A stretch of 64,000 nucleotides of DNA. Origin: Eledone cirrhosa (Eukaryota). Below, one piece after another: positions 40,407-54,427 of this stretch. The stretch's first letter is position 1; every line of letters begins with the position of its first letter. Both the position numbers and the translations under genes were made by a program. A model generated the notes under the pieces. The model saw only the letters and a program-made list of their open reading frames with translations. It was not told the DNA's origin and made no database searches. The stretch is taken from the NCBI GenBank assembly GCA_964016885.1, contig OZ024741.1:351974001-352038000 (forward strand), in the 5' to 3' direction.

Positions 40407-40880
40407 TATTGTTATAATTTGGGAGGGTCATGCTGCCAATATGCACCTGTTGAATTTCACTTCAATTTATTATAAACACCCAATCGCTTAGTTTAATAAC
40501 TGGATGGTTGTTTAGTTGTTGATTGTCAAAGCTCTTTTGTCACACATTCTATGACATCATCAGTGACTACCTTTGTTGTTATTTTGTGTCACTCCTTTGT
40601 TCCTTTGTTCTGTTTTACATCTTATTTTTGTGAGCTATGTACTTCAGCTGTATTTTGTGTACACACCTCACAAAAACAAGATAGTGAATGACAGAACAAA
40701 GGAGAGACACAAAATAACAACAAAAGTAGTCACTGAGGATGTCACAGAATGTGTGACAAAAGAGCTTCGACAATCAACAACTAAACAACCATCTGATTGA
40801 ATAGAAATCTAACAGGTCTGTGTGTGTGTTTATTGACCCTCCCAAAGTATAACAACATCTGTTTCAACACATGTTTTCAG
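40407..40880. mobile_element. Degenerate foldback element with a hammerhead remnant in each arm
   Basis: Termini tattgttataatttgggagggtca / tgaccctcccaaagtataacaa. Inner arms 40502-40615 and 40690-40796. Hammerhead remnants at 40525-40567 (-) and 40729-40771 (+), both with GAAA changed to AAAA. Confidence 0.8.
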
Positions 40881-40884
40881 ATAA

Positions 40885-41266
40885 GAAAATTTGAAAAACG
40901 CCCAGGAAAACTGACGAAAGTGGTCTTGTTTCATGAAGACAATGCTCCAGCACACAAGTCCTTGGTTTCAATGGCTGCTGTGTGTGACTGTGGCTTTGAA
41001 CTGGTTGATCACCCTCCCTATTCTCCTGATTTGGCCCCATCTGTTCCCCAACATGAAAAAACACTTGGCAAGGAACCTGTATCACAGTGATGATGACATC
41101 ATATCTGCTGTTCATGACTTTTTGACTAACAGGGATCCAAACACTACAACAGCAATGAAAGAAGTGTCTGAATTGTAAGGGGAACTATGTTGAAAAATAA
41201 ACCTCATTTGGTCACATTTCATGAGAGTATCTTGGTCAGCCTAAGAAATTTTCAGCCAACCCTTGT
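40885..41266 (+). mobile_element. Mariner transposase pseudogene fragment with 3' TIR
   Basis: VLFHEDNAPAH and HPPYSPDLAPS motifs; end ...ttcagccaacccttgTA. Confidence 0.92.
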
Positions 41267-41724
41267 ATATATATATATATACACACACACACATACATAC
41301 ATATATATATATATATATATTAAAATCTTAGTTTACCTACTTTTTCTCTATTTCATTATGCTTCTTAAAGTCATCATCAGTGTCATTTGTATCATTATCT
41401 TTTTCATAACTAGTATATAACCCATTGTTTTATGGAATAAGTAATATTCAATTTCTTCACCAAGCATAGATTAGATGAGTTGTTACATTCTGAGGCCTGT
41501 CAGGTCAGGTAAACATGTCCTGCTCATACTTTCCATTTTTGGCTTGATTTCCTAACAGCAATCGCTTTACAGAGAGTGGGAGCATTTTTTGCAGCACCAG
41601 CATTACCACCTTACACGTACATATATTATAATGATGATGATGATCATCATCATTGTTTAACATCTGTTTTTCATGCTATGTTATCCTTGCTAGCAGGAAA
41701 AATGCATATTAAATGATGATGATG

Positions 41725-42390
41725 ATATATTGCATGGGGCAGATGTTGGGCTTTGTAAGCTATTGAGGCAGCAGATCATCTACGATGGAAGAAAATCCAA
41801 TTATAAATTACCTCCCTGTGCAGACGTGGACATCATAACTGAAAGGAAGGCAGCTAATCTAGGACAGTGACTCTGATTAAAAATGACTGCATCGGACAGA
41901 CTTAGGGTTTCGTAAGCCATAGTGAAGGTAACCTGTCTAAGAGATTAAACACTCCAAATAAAAACTGATACAGGGTGGAGAGAACTCTTCAGTCCAGTAA
42001 GACAACCTCTCAAGTACTGGTGGCACAAGTAATGCATACAGTTCATGCTGTAAAATGGTTGTTGATAGGAAAGGAATCCAAACAGAAAAAAAACTGCCAA
42101 AATTATGAAATGCATGGTAGTGAGATGGCTAGAGAAGCCATGTGCACAAACTCCTCGACCATCATCAAGCAATCGCACAGCCTTTTTTCCATTCAGGTAC
42201 ATAGAACTTCTACCCAAGGAAGTAACAACTGTCAAGATACAAATCTCATGACTGTTACCCTCACTGTTGGCACCCTGAAAGGTAAACCAGGTGAAATTGT
42301 GAAGCTATTAGAGAGGAGGGAAGTGGATGTATGCTGTGTACAAGAGGTGAGATGGAAGAGTGCCTCAGTGTGTCTACTCAAAGGCGACAA
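41725..42390 (+). mobile_element. RTE LINE 5' end (5' UTR plus start of the APE endonuclease)
   Basis: TLTVGTLKGKPGEIVKLLERREVDVCCVQEVRWK. Confidence 0.8.
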
Positions 42391-42417
42391 CTTAGATAGA
42401 AACTCTGATTATATATC

Positions 42418-43985
42418 AGCATCATCATCACTGTTTAACATCCATTTTTCCATGCTAGCATGGGTTAGACGAGTTGTCCTGTTGTGAACACTGCCAGGTC
42501 AGATGACCATGTCTTGCTCATACAGAACTGACTCTGGCTTGGTTTCTACAGCTGGATGCCCTTCCTAACACCAACCTCATTTACAGTGAGTACTGGGTGT
42601 TCTTTGTCATGACACATATACGACCACGTTTGAGAGTTGACTAGGTGCTTTGTGTCGTGACACCTACACAACAACTTTACAGTGAGGGCTGGATGTTTTT
42701 TGTTGTGACACATACATGACCACTTTACAGTGTGGGCTGGGTGCTTTTTGCCGTGTTGCCATCACAATCACTTTACAGTGTGGGTTGGAGGCTTCACTCT
42801 CTTGAACACTGCATCTATTTCCTCTTATGCCTAATTTCTCTCTCAGTTCGTTTATGCTTTGCTGTTCACGTATATTACTATTACACATCCATCAGAACAT
42901 GCAAGCCTCATTTCTTTCCAATCTATGCAAGTCTTCTGCACTCAGCGTCCAGATCTCACTACCATGCAACATTGCTGTTCATATGCTTGCATCATACAGT
43001 CTGCCTTTCATTTTGAAGAAAAAGCCTTTTGTAGCTAGCATTGGTGGTAGCGCCCTGAACTTCTTCCATCCCATTCTCACTCTGACTACTATACCTTCAG
43101 AACACCCACCTCTGCTGCTAATTTGGTCACCCAGGTAGCAGAAGTTGTCTACCTCTGCTACCGAGCTTTCCCAGAATTTGATAGCACTTGTTTCCTGTGG
43201 TCATTTGCTGCTTACTGCCCTGGTGCAACGACTACATGTAAAGCTTACAGTTTTAGCTAAACTTCCTGAGATTCCACTATATCTCTTGAGTACCCATAGT
43301 TTGCATTTGGGGCAGAGGATGGAATTTCTACCTATACCTTTCCTACATACTGAGTAAGGCCATTTCCCTGAGTGGATCAGGTTCTCTTCTACTTACTAGT
43401 ACCTTAGTCTTCAGGTTGACTTTAAGTCCACTTGTTTCTAGGCCCTGCGTCCATGTTTGGAATTTCTCCTCTAGTTCCACCATAGATTCCGCTGAGTGTA
43501 AGATCATCCACGTACGAGTTCCCATTGGTAGCTGGTCTGAAACTCCTCTGTTATAGTCTGCAGTATGATAATAAACAGGCAAGGGCTAAGAACAGAGCCC
43601 TGGTAGACACCAACTTGTACGTTAGATTCCTCACTATAGCCATTGTTAATCCTAACTTTGCTGACTACTTCCCTATACGTGGCTTGTACAACCTTCACAA
43701 GCCACTCATCTACTCCAAGTTTTTTAAGAGCCCACCAGATTATGGCATGGGGCACTCTGTCAAAAGCTTTCTCCAGATCAACAAATGCCAGCTTACTTTT
43801 AGCTAGGTACTTTTCCTGTAGTTGCTTCACCAGGAAAAGAACATCTGTGGTAAAATTCGAACTCCATCTCATCCATATTCACCTGGTCCCTAATCAGCTG
43901 TGCTATAACTCTTTCTGTTACTTTCATGACCTGGTCCATCAACTTGATGCCTCTGTAGCTTCCTCTATCTCATGCATCTCCTTTA
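42418..43985 (-). mobile_element. RTE LINE fragment (decayed)
   Basis: FVDLEKAFDRVPH and GVYQGSVLSP; RTE 3' UTR with (gat)n. Confidence 0.92.
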
Positions 43986-44810
43986 AGAATTTTTAATATT
44001 TCATATTAGTTCTTTAACAAAACTATTCACATTAAAGGGTTTTGATTTACCATATATACTCATATCAGTTTATATTCATTCTTGCTGATTTTCACCAACT
44101 TCAAACTCTACATTAACAAGATGCTAAAATATCTGAAGTGATTATTTTTATTTTCACAATGGAACAGTTTTTTTCTACATTTTCGATATTATTATTAGTG
44201 TTATTAATGTATTCCCTTAACAAAGTTTTATAATTTGAACTTTTTAATACATAAATATCCCATGTATACACACGCACACACATACATATATACACATGCA
44301 CGCTGACTGTTTTTCTGAATTAATACTTTTTTTTCAATCTTATGTAAAATTGAAATCTTACTTCTGACATGTTTTTTTATTGATCTCACTTTATCCCTCT
44401 CTCACTTGCTGTCTTTCCCTCACTCTTTTACTCTATGAATCCCTATACAAAGATCAACTACTCCTCACATGTGAGTAGCTAGAAGTAAATAAAAATTCGA
44501 GAAACTTCTGGAAAGTTTATAAAATAGATGAAATGGTAAAAAAGCATTACATAATGGAGTTGTGAAACAAAAACTATATTCTAAATGGCACTTAAAACAT
44601 TTAACCATCAAAATATCAAAATTTCATAAATATATTCTAAACCACACCATCTAAACAAAATTGTTGATTAGCTGCCTTGGCTTATAAACGGGGTTTGGAT
44701 TTTTGCCCATTTCTCAGAAATAAAATAGAAGGGGCGGGTCAGCTTATATTCGACTTTATATGGTAAATTAAAATCTTCCAAGATAATTTTATATAAGAAC
44801 TATAAGTTAA

Positions 44811-45014
44811 CCCTTTAGCATTTACATTACACTACTATTATATTTTCATGGTAAAGGCTTATCTCACATAATATCAAATCTATGAGATTTTGATGATGAT
44901 ATTTATTTTAAGAACAATACCTTAATGTCAGTAAGAGCGACTGGTTATGGCCGCTTTGAACAGAAAGAGGCGAGAGAATTCTGGCTGGATGTGGCCGGTT
45001 TAAATACTAAAGGG
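44811..45014 (-). mobile_element. piggyBac-type MITE (family 1), reverse orientation
   Basis: TTAA|ccctttagcatt...tactaaaggg|TTAA. Confidence 0.82.
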
Positions 45015-45975
45015 TTAAGTTGCTATCTGAGTAATGAAATCATTCAAATTAGTCAATAGCATATATTTGGATAATCAAATTAAAGGGTTACTATGTACTG
45101 AATGTTATATTATATATAAATATATAAAAAGAATTATTACTAATAAATTGAAACTTTCCTCATAGTTGAAGAAGGAAAAAAAACCCAGTTAGCAACTCTC
45201 TAAGAATATGGGAGATAATTTAAAGAAATGAATTAATCTTTCAAAGTTAATTTACATGCTCGGGGAAGGAAGTTGGAAGGACAACTCTTGATATGAGAGA
45301 GGAGGAAGGAGAGCTACAGTTATTATTGAGCTATTATTAAAGAGTCGGGACATAGTTCTACAAACCGATAGAATACTGAAGCACTCATTCAATATTTTCA
45401 TGTTATCCACAGTGGATGAGTTGCTATCTGGATATTCAGTGCTTTTGGCTAACCTTACAATATGTGCCTGGGTATTTAGCACAATAGGCTAATCTTACAA
45501 TGAGTGCGTGGGTATTTAGTGCCCTTACAATATGTGCCTGGGTATTTAGTGCCTAATGCTAGCCCTAGAGTACGTGTCCTTTTCCATTCTCCCAAATATA
45601 ATAATTTCATCTTGCATTTTGGTAAGCTGACAAACCTAGGTTTTGACTTTTTTTGCACTGACTGTATTAAGAAAATTACCAAGCCTACATTTTCCACTAC
45701 ACTGTCCACACTCACCCACACTAAATTATGCGACAGATCAACACACCATGCGACCTTCTCTACTGCTTTGGATATTTACATAAGGCCGCTACATAGCAAT
45801 GATGTTTAGTGATTTATTTATGGATCACAGGAAATTATTAAATATCTTATTTAATTATTTAAATTTGTATCAAACTGTGATCCCTTAACTCAATACAATA
45901 AATCTATTGAAAGATGCTGCTTATGGTTTATAGATTATTTAAAAAATAATAATGAATTTGGAGGGATTTAGTAAT

Positions 45976-48297
45976 CTATCTATCTAGGGCGGGTAAAATT
46001 CCTGAGATCCATGGACGAGGTCTCTCCAGCGGTCTCTGTCCCTCATTATCGCTGCCATGTCCTGCGTCTCCAACAGACCAGTGTCTGTCCTTAGGGCATC
46101 AACATACATTAACCTTGGTCTTCCTCTTCCAGTTTGTCCATGCAGGGGATCCCACAGGAGCACTGAGTGCAATGTCAACTCTGGATGTCGGTCTCCTCTG
46201 TGTCACTTTTGAGCTGACTTTTGGGAGGCTCCCATACAGCTCTGAGTTTTTCATCCTCAATACTGATTAATGTTCAGAGTCATCCTCAGCATTCTCGTGT
46301 GGCACCCATCCACCATCTGAGTGAGTTTCTTGGTCAGTGTCCAAGTCTCAGACCCGTACAGCAGCACAGACTCCACTACAGCAATAAAGAGGCGGATCTT
46401 CAGGTCTTCACGAAGGTCCGACTTCCACACCGATCGGGGAAGATGTGGACCTACATCTCAGATATGTACCTGTCCAAGTCCCAGATTGATTTCATTTTGG
46501 TGAGGAAAAAGTGGCGGAATAGTGTTCTGAACACAGAACCATACAACTATTTCAGTACACTGAGTAGTGACCACCGGCTTGTTATGAGTGAGGTCCGGAT
46601 GAGCTTAAGAAAGAGCAAGGCTCGGCCCCAGAGAGCAATCTATGACTGGGGAGCTTTCAAGGAAGATGATAAGCTACAGGAGAGGTTCACAGTGGAAGTG
46701 AAGAACAGGTTCAGTGCTCTGTGTGGAGAGACAGAGGAGAGAGAGATTGGATGGACTGAGGAGAGTGTGATGAGGAGGTATGGGTACTTCACCAATGCAG
46801 TGGCGGAAGCAAGTGAGACCCTGGTGCCAAGGAGAAAGAACAAAAGGAACCACGTCAGCTCTGCAGACCCAAAAGTGTGTGCAGCCAGAGAACACCTGAA
46901 AGCTGCCAAGAACCAATTCTATGCTGATCCTACGGAAGAGAGGAAGGAGAATGTGGAAGTGATGAGGAAAGAACTCTGTACTGCTTACACTGAGGCCAGA
47001 GAGGAGGCACTGATAGAGAAGATCAGAAGTGTGGAGAGAGCAGTTGGCAGGTCTGGATGTAAGGAGAGCTGGATGATCATCAACAAGATGACAGGGTGGA
47101 AGAGAAGGTGTTCGAGTCAGATCCAGGGAACAGGGCCCGAGGATAGGAAGGGGAAATGGCTAGATCATTTTAGGACCCTACTAGGAGAGCCGCCCTCCAC
47201 AGCCAAGAACACTGGGGAGATCAGGCGGCTGTTTGAAGAACTGGATATTGAGACAGAGCCCTTCACCAGAGAGGAGCTTCAGAGAGCCAAGAAGAAAATC
47301 AAGGAGGGCAAGGCTCATGGAAAAGATGGAGTAGCATCAGAGGTGATGAAGAGGTGTGATTTTGATGATATCATCCTCAGGTTCTGTAACCAGGCACTGG
47401 AGAAGGGAGTTGCCCCGAATCAGTGGAGGATCAGTAACATCGTCCCAGTGCCAAAGAAGGGAAATCTCTCTAACACCAACAACTACAGGGGGATCTCACT
47501 GACGTCACTTATGGCAAAGACCCTCAACAGGATGATTCTTAACAGGATCCAGCCCGATATGGAGAAGAAGCTCAGGGACAACCAGAACAGCTTCAGAGAG
47601 GGAAGATCAACCACCAGGCACATCCTGATGCTGAGGAGGATATTAGAGGGAGCTAGAGCAAAGTGCCTTTCTGCGGTCATGGTTTTCATTGACTTTAGGA
47701 AGGCCTTGGATTCTGTGGACCGTCACTACCTGAAGAACATCTTACAGGCTTATCGAATCCCCAAGAAGATAGTGGACCTGATATCACTGCTCTACACCAA
47801 CACCAAAGCCCAAGTCATTACACCTGATGAGATGACAGAGTTCTTTGAGATATTGGCTGGAGTGCTCCAGGGAGATACATTGGCTCCCTACCTTTTTATC
47901 ATCGTAGTGGACTATTGTATGCACCTTGCACTGGAGAAACACCAGGACTCTGGCTTTACTGTAACACCGGCTCAGAGCAGAAGAGTTAAGGCGAAAAAGA
48001 TATCGGATGCTGAATTTGCCGACGACATAGTTTTGGTGACAAATACAGTGAAGGAGGCAGAGGATTTGATGCAGGAAGTTGAGACTGTGTCGATGAGTGT
48101 GGGCTGAGAATGAATGAGACTAAGACAAAATGTCTGGTAGAGAATGTTGAGAAGCCAGAGGGGATTACTAATGTAGGCGGGAAGCCGCTGGAATTAGTTG
48201 AGGACTTCCTGTATTTGGGAGCAAAGATTGGGAATACGGAAGATGATGTGGTTGGGAGGAAGAGCAAAGCCTGGGCGGTGTGCCACAGCTTGAGATC
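45976..48297 (-). mobile_element. RTE-group LINE insertion with inverted 5' part and 12-bp TSD
   Basis: Plus part 46436-48297: SQIDFILVRKKWR, SDHRLV, DFRKALDSV, GVLQGDTLAPYLF, FADD. Minus part 45976-46435 carries the C-terminus. TSD ggatttagtaat at 45964-45975 and 48298-48309. Confidence 0.92.
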
Positions 48298-49780
48298 GGA
48301 TTTAGTAATATAACTAGTTTTCTCATTAAGTTAGTGTTTAGAGTATAACTTAACAATGGCTCTTATATAATTATGATGGAAGGTTTTTAGATAAACACTT
48401 TAAAATCAATAGTTTTGTATCATGGAACCAGGGGCAGTTTCAGGCAACATGGTATCAAAAAGGTTAAAGTTCAGTAACACACCTCTCTGAGGTAGGCACC
48501 CTAGGCAGCTATCTAGTTTGCCTTAATCCTTTCATTATCTAATGAAACACATTGCATTTGAATTAATTATTGAAGGACTTTGAGAATTTCCTAAAATTAT
48601 TAAATATTTCATTGTTAAGATGGCATTTGTAACAACACAACAAAAGGTTTTTATATTAAATTATGTTGGGATATTTTTAATTTTTATAGGAACATTGTAA
48701 AATAGCTGCTTTTGATTGAGTTGGTATCAAAAGGGTTAATGGTAGAGCTGGTCTTGTGTACTAGGTTTGATCCCGTAGTGAGGCATGTAGGATACATGGT
48801 TTTACCATAGACATGGGTTGACCCAGATGCATAGTACCTCTATAATTTAAAGGTTCAGCCTTGTCAAATAGTGTTGTCATGCTGATTCAGCTTGGAATTA
48901 CATTAAGGGCAAACATGTCTGAAGAATACTCAACCACATTAAGTGACCAAGAATACAAGATTGCTTGGATTGTATGCCAGTCTGTTGCAAAGTCAATCAC
49001 TCCAGATGCTGCTGGTACTTCTTTTTCAAGCAGGGTGTACTGAAGCAACATGAAATGAAGTGCCTTGCTATCCAGTTTAGAGATTGAACCCAGTTCCCAA
49101 AACCATACCCACTAGGACACACTACCTTCACAAATGAGAATGGGGTTGCTTACAATTGTTTCCATCACCTTTATCTTCTTTGATATAATAACCATTAATA
49201 GAAAGCTGCTTGTTTTAAAGTGTTTATTTAAAACCCTTCCATCATAATTTTAATGAAGAACCTTAATTATGTTCCAGTCACCAGCGTAATAATGAGTAAG
49301 TTAGCTATATTACCAAATCAAAAGTTCTTGATTATTTTCAAAATCATTTTAAAATCAAAGGTAGCATCTTTCATAATATGAAAGAACTAGTGTATCTACA
49401 TTTAGAGCTGTATGCATATGAAAAAGTTTAAGTTGCTGACGTGAGGGTGATAGGCTGGTGGTTTATAAAATGTTTTAAGATAAGCATCCTTGATATGAAT
49501 GTAGACTTTAGTTTATCATTAACTTTAGTTGAATTATTTGTGCATCTAGTTTAGAATAGACACACTGTATCATTGCATATTGTGAGAGGTGACGAAGTGA
49601 GTTAGTGCCAGGAAGGACATCCAACTGTAAAACATTGCCATCAAAAGGACCCTATAAATGTGAGACCTATCATGGGGTTTGTAAGGCTAACTCCTGGAGA
49701 AATGGCCTTAAAATGAATGTTACATTAATATATTGGTGGAACAAGATGAGTTACTAGCTACAAATCAGATTGGGCTATAA

Positions 49781-50016
49781 CCCTTTTGTTACCATATTTC
49801 TAATGAAGGGCACAGTGTAAGTTTTTGAAAATGATTAAGAATTTCCTGGGAATGTAACTAATTTTTGCATTATTAAGCTGATGCTTAGAACCTGACATGG
49901 TTCTTATGCAAAATTATGATGGAAGATCTTTTTAGATAAATATAAAAACAGTTAAAAATAAACAGCTTTGTATAATAGGATAATGGGTGATTTCAGGCAG
50001 TTTGGTATGAAAAGGG
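49781..50016 (+). mobile_element. piggyBac-type MITE (family 2)
   Basis: ccctttt(g)ttacca...tggtatgaaaaggg|TTAA; related ends near 13700, 15622, 37384, 48460 and 48735. Confidence 0.6.
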
Positions 50017-50639
50017 TTAAATCATTAAATATACAGTTTTGGTAAACTTACTAGTGAGAGACAACACTAACAATTGAAAGCTGGTAGGTATGAATGTTGA
50101 CATGACTTCCATTCCAGATGCAATCCATTATATGTTGGAATCAACTGGGATAAGACATAATTGTTCACCTCCTCATAGTTCAAATGTAATTCTACCATGT
50201 AATTAGCTAATTTTTTATATAACATTATATAACATCATCTCATTATGATTTAATTAATGGGCTAATGATGAAGCTTCTACATGGACACTAGACCTGCTAG
50301 AAATAACAACAAAATATCAACTCTTGATTTATCAGAGCATATATAAAATAGGTTTGTTAATTCAAATGTCTACAGTGTCTTTACTATGGACAGATTGTTG
50401 TGAAAGTCTGCTGTAAATTGAAGTAACAATTTTAAAATATTTAATATAATGCAGTGATATTTTGTACATTTTGGACATTATATTTGAAAATGCAATCTAG
50501 GACAAACTGTGAGAAGATGGGATGGTCAGTATTAGAATACCTGTTTGACGAGGGCAGCCCTGAAGCTAAACAACAACTCAAATTAGATTAGCATTTTTGT
50601 TGTTCTTTGAAACCTTTGATTTATTTACACAGAATGTGT

Positions 50640-52411
50640 CACAAATGATCAAAAGAAGGAGGCCTGGAAATGTCACTATGAGAGACTGATGAATGTGGAG
50701 AACGAATGGGAGAGAGAGAAATTACCCCCAGTAGACCCGACAGAGGGACCAGCTATTGAGATTGACAAATATAGGGTACAAGAGGCAATTAAGGAAATGA
50801 AGAATGGTAAGGCTGCTGGACCGTCGGGGATAGTTGCTGAGATGCTGAAGGCACCAGGAGAAGTAGGCACTAAACTGGTTGCATGCATCATCAATCAAGC
50901 TATATATGGTGGTGTCCTACCCAAAGACTGGTGCAGCAGTATTCTCATAAATTACTACAAAGGTAAAGGGGATGCTCTAGAGAGGAGCAATTATAGGGGC
51001 ATAAAGCTGATGGATCAGGTTATGAAAGTGGCAGAGAGAACATTAGTGCAACTGATTAGAGAAAGGGTTAAATTAGATGAGATGCAGTTTGGTTTTGTGC
51101 CTCGGAAAAGTACAACAGATGCCCTCTTCTTAGTGAGGGAACTACAAGAGAAGTTCTTAGAGAAGAATAAGCCACTATACTTAGCTTTTGTTGACCTAGA
51201 GAAGGCCTTTGATAGCGTACCCCAATCTGTCATCTGGTGGTCCCTAAGGAAACTAGGTGTAGAGGAATGGCTTGTGTGGACAGTGCAAGCTATGTACAGG
51301 GGTACTCTCAGTAAAGTCAGGGTAGGTATGGAGTTTAGTGAGGAATTCCAGATACAAGTAGGTGTACATCAGGGTTCGGTCCTCAGCCCGCTCTTGTTCA
51401 TTATAGTCCTCCAAGCCATAACAGAGGAGTTTAAGACTGGATGCCCATGGGAATTTCTCTATGCTGATGATCTGGTTCTTATAGCAGAATCAGTAGAGGA
51501 GCTAGAGAATAAATTCTGGCTATGGAAACAGCAGTTGGAATCAAGGGACTGAGAGTGAACATAGCTAAGACAAAAGTGTTGATAAGTAGAAGAGAGGACA
51601 ATACTCTGATTCCATCAGGGAAATGGCCATGTTCGATATGTAGGAAAGGAACTGGCATAAATTCCATATAATGTACGCAATGCAGATCTTGGGTACACAA
51701 GAGATGTAGTGGGATAGCAGGCAAACTAACAGGTAAGGAAAACTACGCATGCAGTAGATGTACAGGGAAAGTTGGCAGTAGTAATCGCAGTGATAGACAC
51801 ATTTTTCCAATGCAGGTGAGTTCTATAGAAGTGGTTGATAGCTTCTGGTACCGAGGTGATCAGATTAGCATGGGAAGGGGTGTTCCGACCCCACAGTATC
51901 TAGAATAAGGATGGGTTGGAAGAAGTTTAGGGAGCTGCTTCCTCTGTTGACAAAGAAGGGTTTCTCCCTGCGTACGAAAGGACAGTTATATGATGCCTGT
52001 GTGAGATGCGCGATGCTGCATGGTAGTGACATGGGCAGCAACTGCAGAGGATATGAGACGGCTGGAGAGAAATGAAGCAAGTATGCTCCGTTGGATGTGC
52101 AAAATGGGTATAAGAGGGATAAGTTGTGGTGTGCAGGAGAGAAGGCTGAGATGGTATGGACATGTGATGCGCATAGAGGATACCGCTGGGTAAAGAAGTG
52201 CCAAGAAATCCCAGTAGAAGGAAGACGCAGTAGAAGTAGACCATGAAAAACATGGGCGGAGGTGGTGAGAATAGACCTCGGATCGCTGAAACTCACCGAG
52301 GAGATGACGAAGGACCGTGACAAGTGGAGAGATGCTGTGCTGAATAGGACCCGTCCAAACCTTGTAAGCAGGGAAAAGCGTACGTAAAATGATGATGATG
52401 ATGATGATGAT
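50640..52411 (+). mobile_element. RTE LINE, 5'-truncated
   Basis: GKAAGPSG, NYRGIKL, FVDLEKAFD, GVHQGSVLSP, YADD; (gat)n tail at 52389-52411. Confidence 0.95.
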
Positions 52412-53339
52412 TATCTGTATATATAGATGGTGAGATGGCAGAATTGTTAGAACATTGGTAATTGTTGTTTCATTGGGCTCTGAGTTTAAATACTTCCAAG
52501 GTCAAATCTGCCATTTATCCTTCTGGTCTCAATAAAATAAAGTACCAGGGAAGTACTTGGTGCCATTATAGTCAACTTTCTCTCTTCCCTGGATCGCTGG
52601 ACTTAAGGTGGTCATGCTGGTGACATAACAAAAAGCCCCTAGTCCTTTTGGGGTGTGCAGGCCACATTGCAATGCAGTCTACTTGGTGGGCCAACAAGGT
52701 ATGCAGTGTCTCGTCGGTGGGCCATGATATCAAATAAGTAATGAGAACATATGTAAAAACGAATAGAGTAATATGATAAAATACTATGACATTTTTAATA
52801 AACTGTGACAAAACCACGATTCCTGTCGGCGTATTTAGATCAGAGTTGCCATTTGTTCGATGAAAAAATTTATTTGTAGTAATACCAAATACTTTTAACA
52901 TAAAAAAAATAAATACAGTCACTTACAGACGTTTTACTACTAGACAGAAAATTCCAATGAAAAATTTTGAGGATGAAATGAAATAGCTGTATGCCAGACA
53001 CACTGACTTTTTTAGGTAAGCCTGGGTCATTCCACATCTCTCCCATATACATACTATGTATGCATGTATATACACAAATACACGCACACAGTCCCCTTGA
53101 CCTCGATATCTGAGTTTGACTGGTTGTTACTGTCAAATAAAAATTATGTTCAGCTAAGTGAGTCTTGTGGCTAGACGTGTTCTCTAGTTGGTATTCTAAT
53201 TCAAAATAATTCAGAGCACTTTTTCAGGGTGCTTAGTCTAAGATTGAAACCTGTTGGCAGGCCGAACAAAAATCCTTCGCGGGCCACATCCGACCTGCGG
53301 TCCTAGTGTTGCTGACCACTGCCCTAGTCCATCATGTAA

Positions 53340-53905
53340 GGTGCTCCTGTTGGTGCCAAGACAAAAGAGGACCTAGGTCACCCTGCAGAAGATTGTGATG
53401 GTGTAATGACAAATAAGTACCCAGTCCACCCTGTAGGGTGGTCATGTTGGAGACAAGACATGAGGCACCCAGTCTATCCTGCAAAATGGTCATGTAGTGG
53501 CATGGCAGAAGGTGCCCAGTCCGCCCTTAGAGTGGTTGTGGTAACGACATGACAATAAACGCCCAACTCACCCTGCAAAGCAGTCATGCTGATGACACGA
53601 CAAAAGCACCGAACCTAATCTTAGTGACACGTGACAGTGACATGACAAAAATCACCCAGTCCATCCTTGGTGACACAAAAAGCACCAGACATCAATGTAA
53701 AGTGGTCATTCTGGTGACATGACAAAACGCACCCAGTCCAGACTGTAAAGTGGTTGTTTTGGTGCCATGACAAAAAGAGACCAGTCCACACTATAGAGTG
53801 GTTGTGTTGGTGACATGACAAAAAGTGTCCAGACCATACTGTAAAGCAGTCATTTGGTGCCATGATAAAAAGCACCCAGTCTCCACACTGTAAATGTGGT
53901 TGGCT
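53340..53905 (+). repeat. Degenerate tandem array derived from RTE/SINE 3' UTR repeats
   Basis: Repeated gacatgacaaaa..gcacccagtccacactgtaaagtggt units. Confidence 0.7.
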
Positions 53906-54427
53906 TTAGGAAGGGGTTTGAACTCAGACCATAAAGGGACGTAACTATGCTACAGAGCATGGTGTCCAACCCTCTACTGATACTGCCAATCCACCAAATG
54001 CAATAATAATTGTTTCTACTTTAGGCACAAGGCCAGCAATTACCCAGTTCATTACTGGTACCAAATGCAATAATAATGAAACAATTTTATGAAATCAGCT
54101 CCAATTTCTCCACTTAATATAGTGTATTTCATTAGGAGTATGACAATGAAAAGATTAAAAAAGGAATGCTAGTCTTTGGGTTGTAGTTTTGCTGAAGGTA
54201 TTGTATATGTTACATTGCTTTCAGAGGACAAGAACAATCACTGGTGAGTGAAACTTGAGTAACACTCCAGTAAATTTGGCTGTAGAGAGGACACACTGTA
54301 AAGTCGTGTGACCTAGTATATTAAAGTCATGATCATAAGGACATAGATCTGATTTATGGACGAGGTGGTGCATTGAGCGAGACAACTGGGGCTCTTATTA
54401 TTAAGACACATGCACGCAACCTATATC

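Noticed and set aside
41725-41885. Possible HDV-like ribozyme in the RTE 5' UTR
   Set aside because: Known for some RTEs, but I could not assign the nested double pseudoknot by eye.
45252-45482. Candidate MAEA downstream exon
   Set aside because: I saw no resemblance to MAEA exon 2 or 3 (VPYE.LNK.FR, LisH).
46221-48107. 628-aa ORF as an intact active LINE ORF
   Set aside because: The first ~70 aa are antisense of the inverted 3' part, the endonuclease is truncated, and the ORF frameshifts after FADD.
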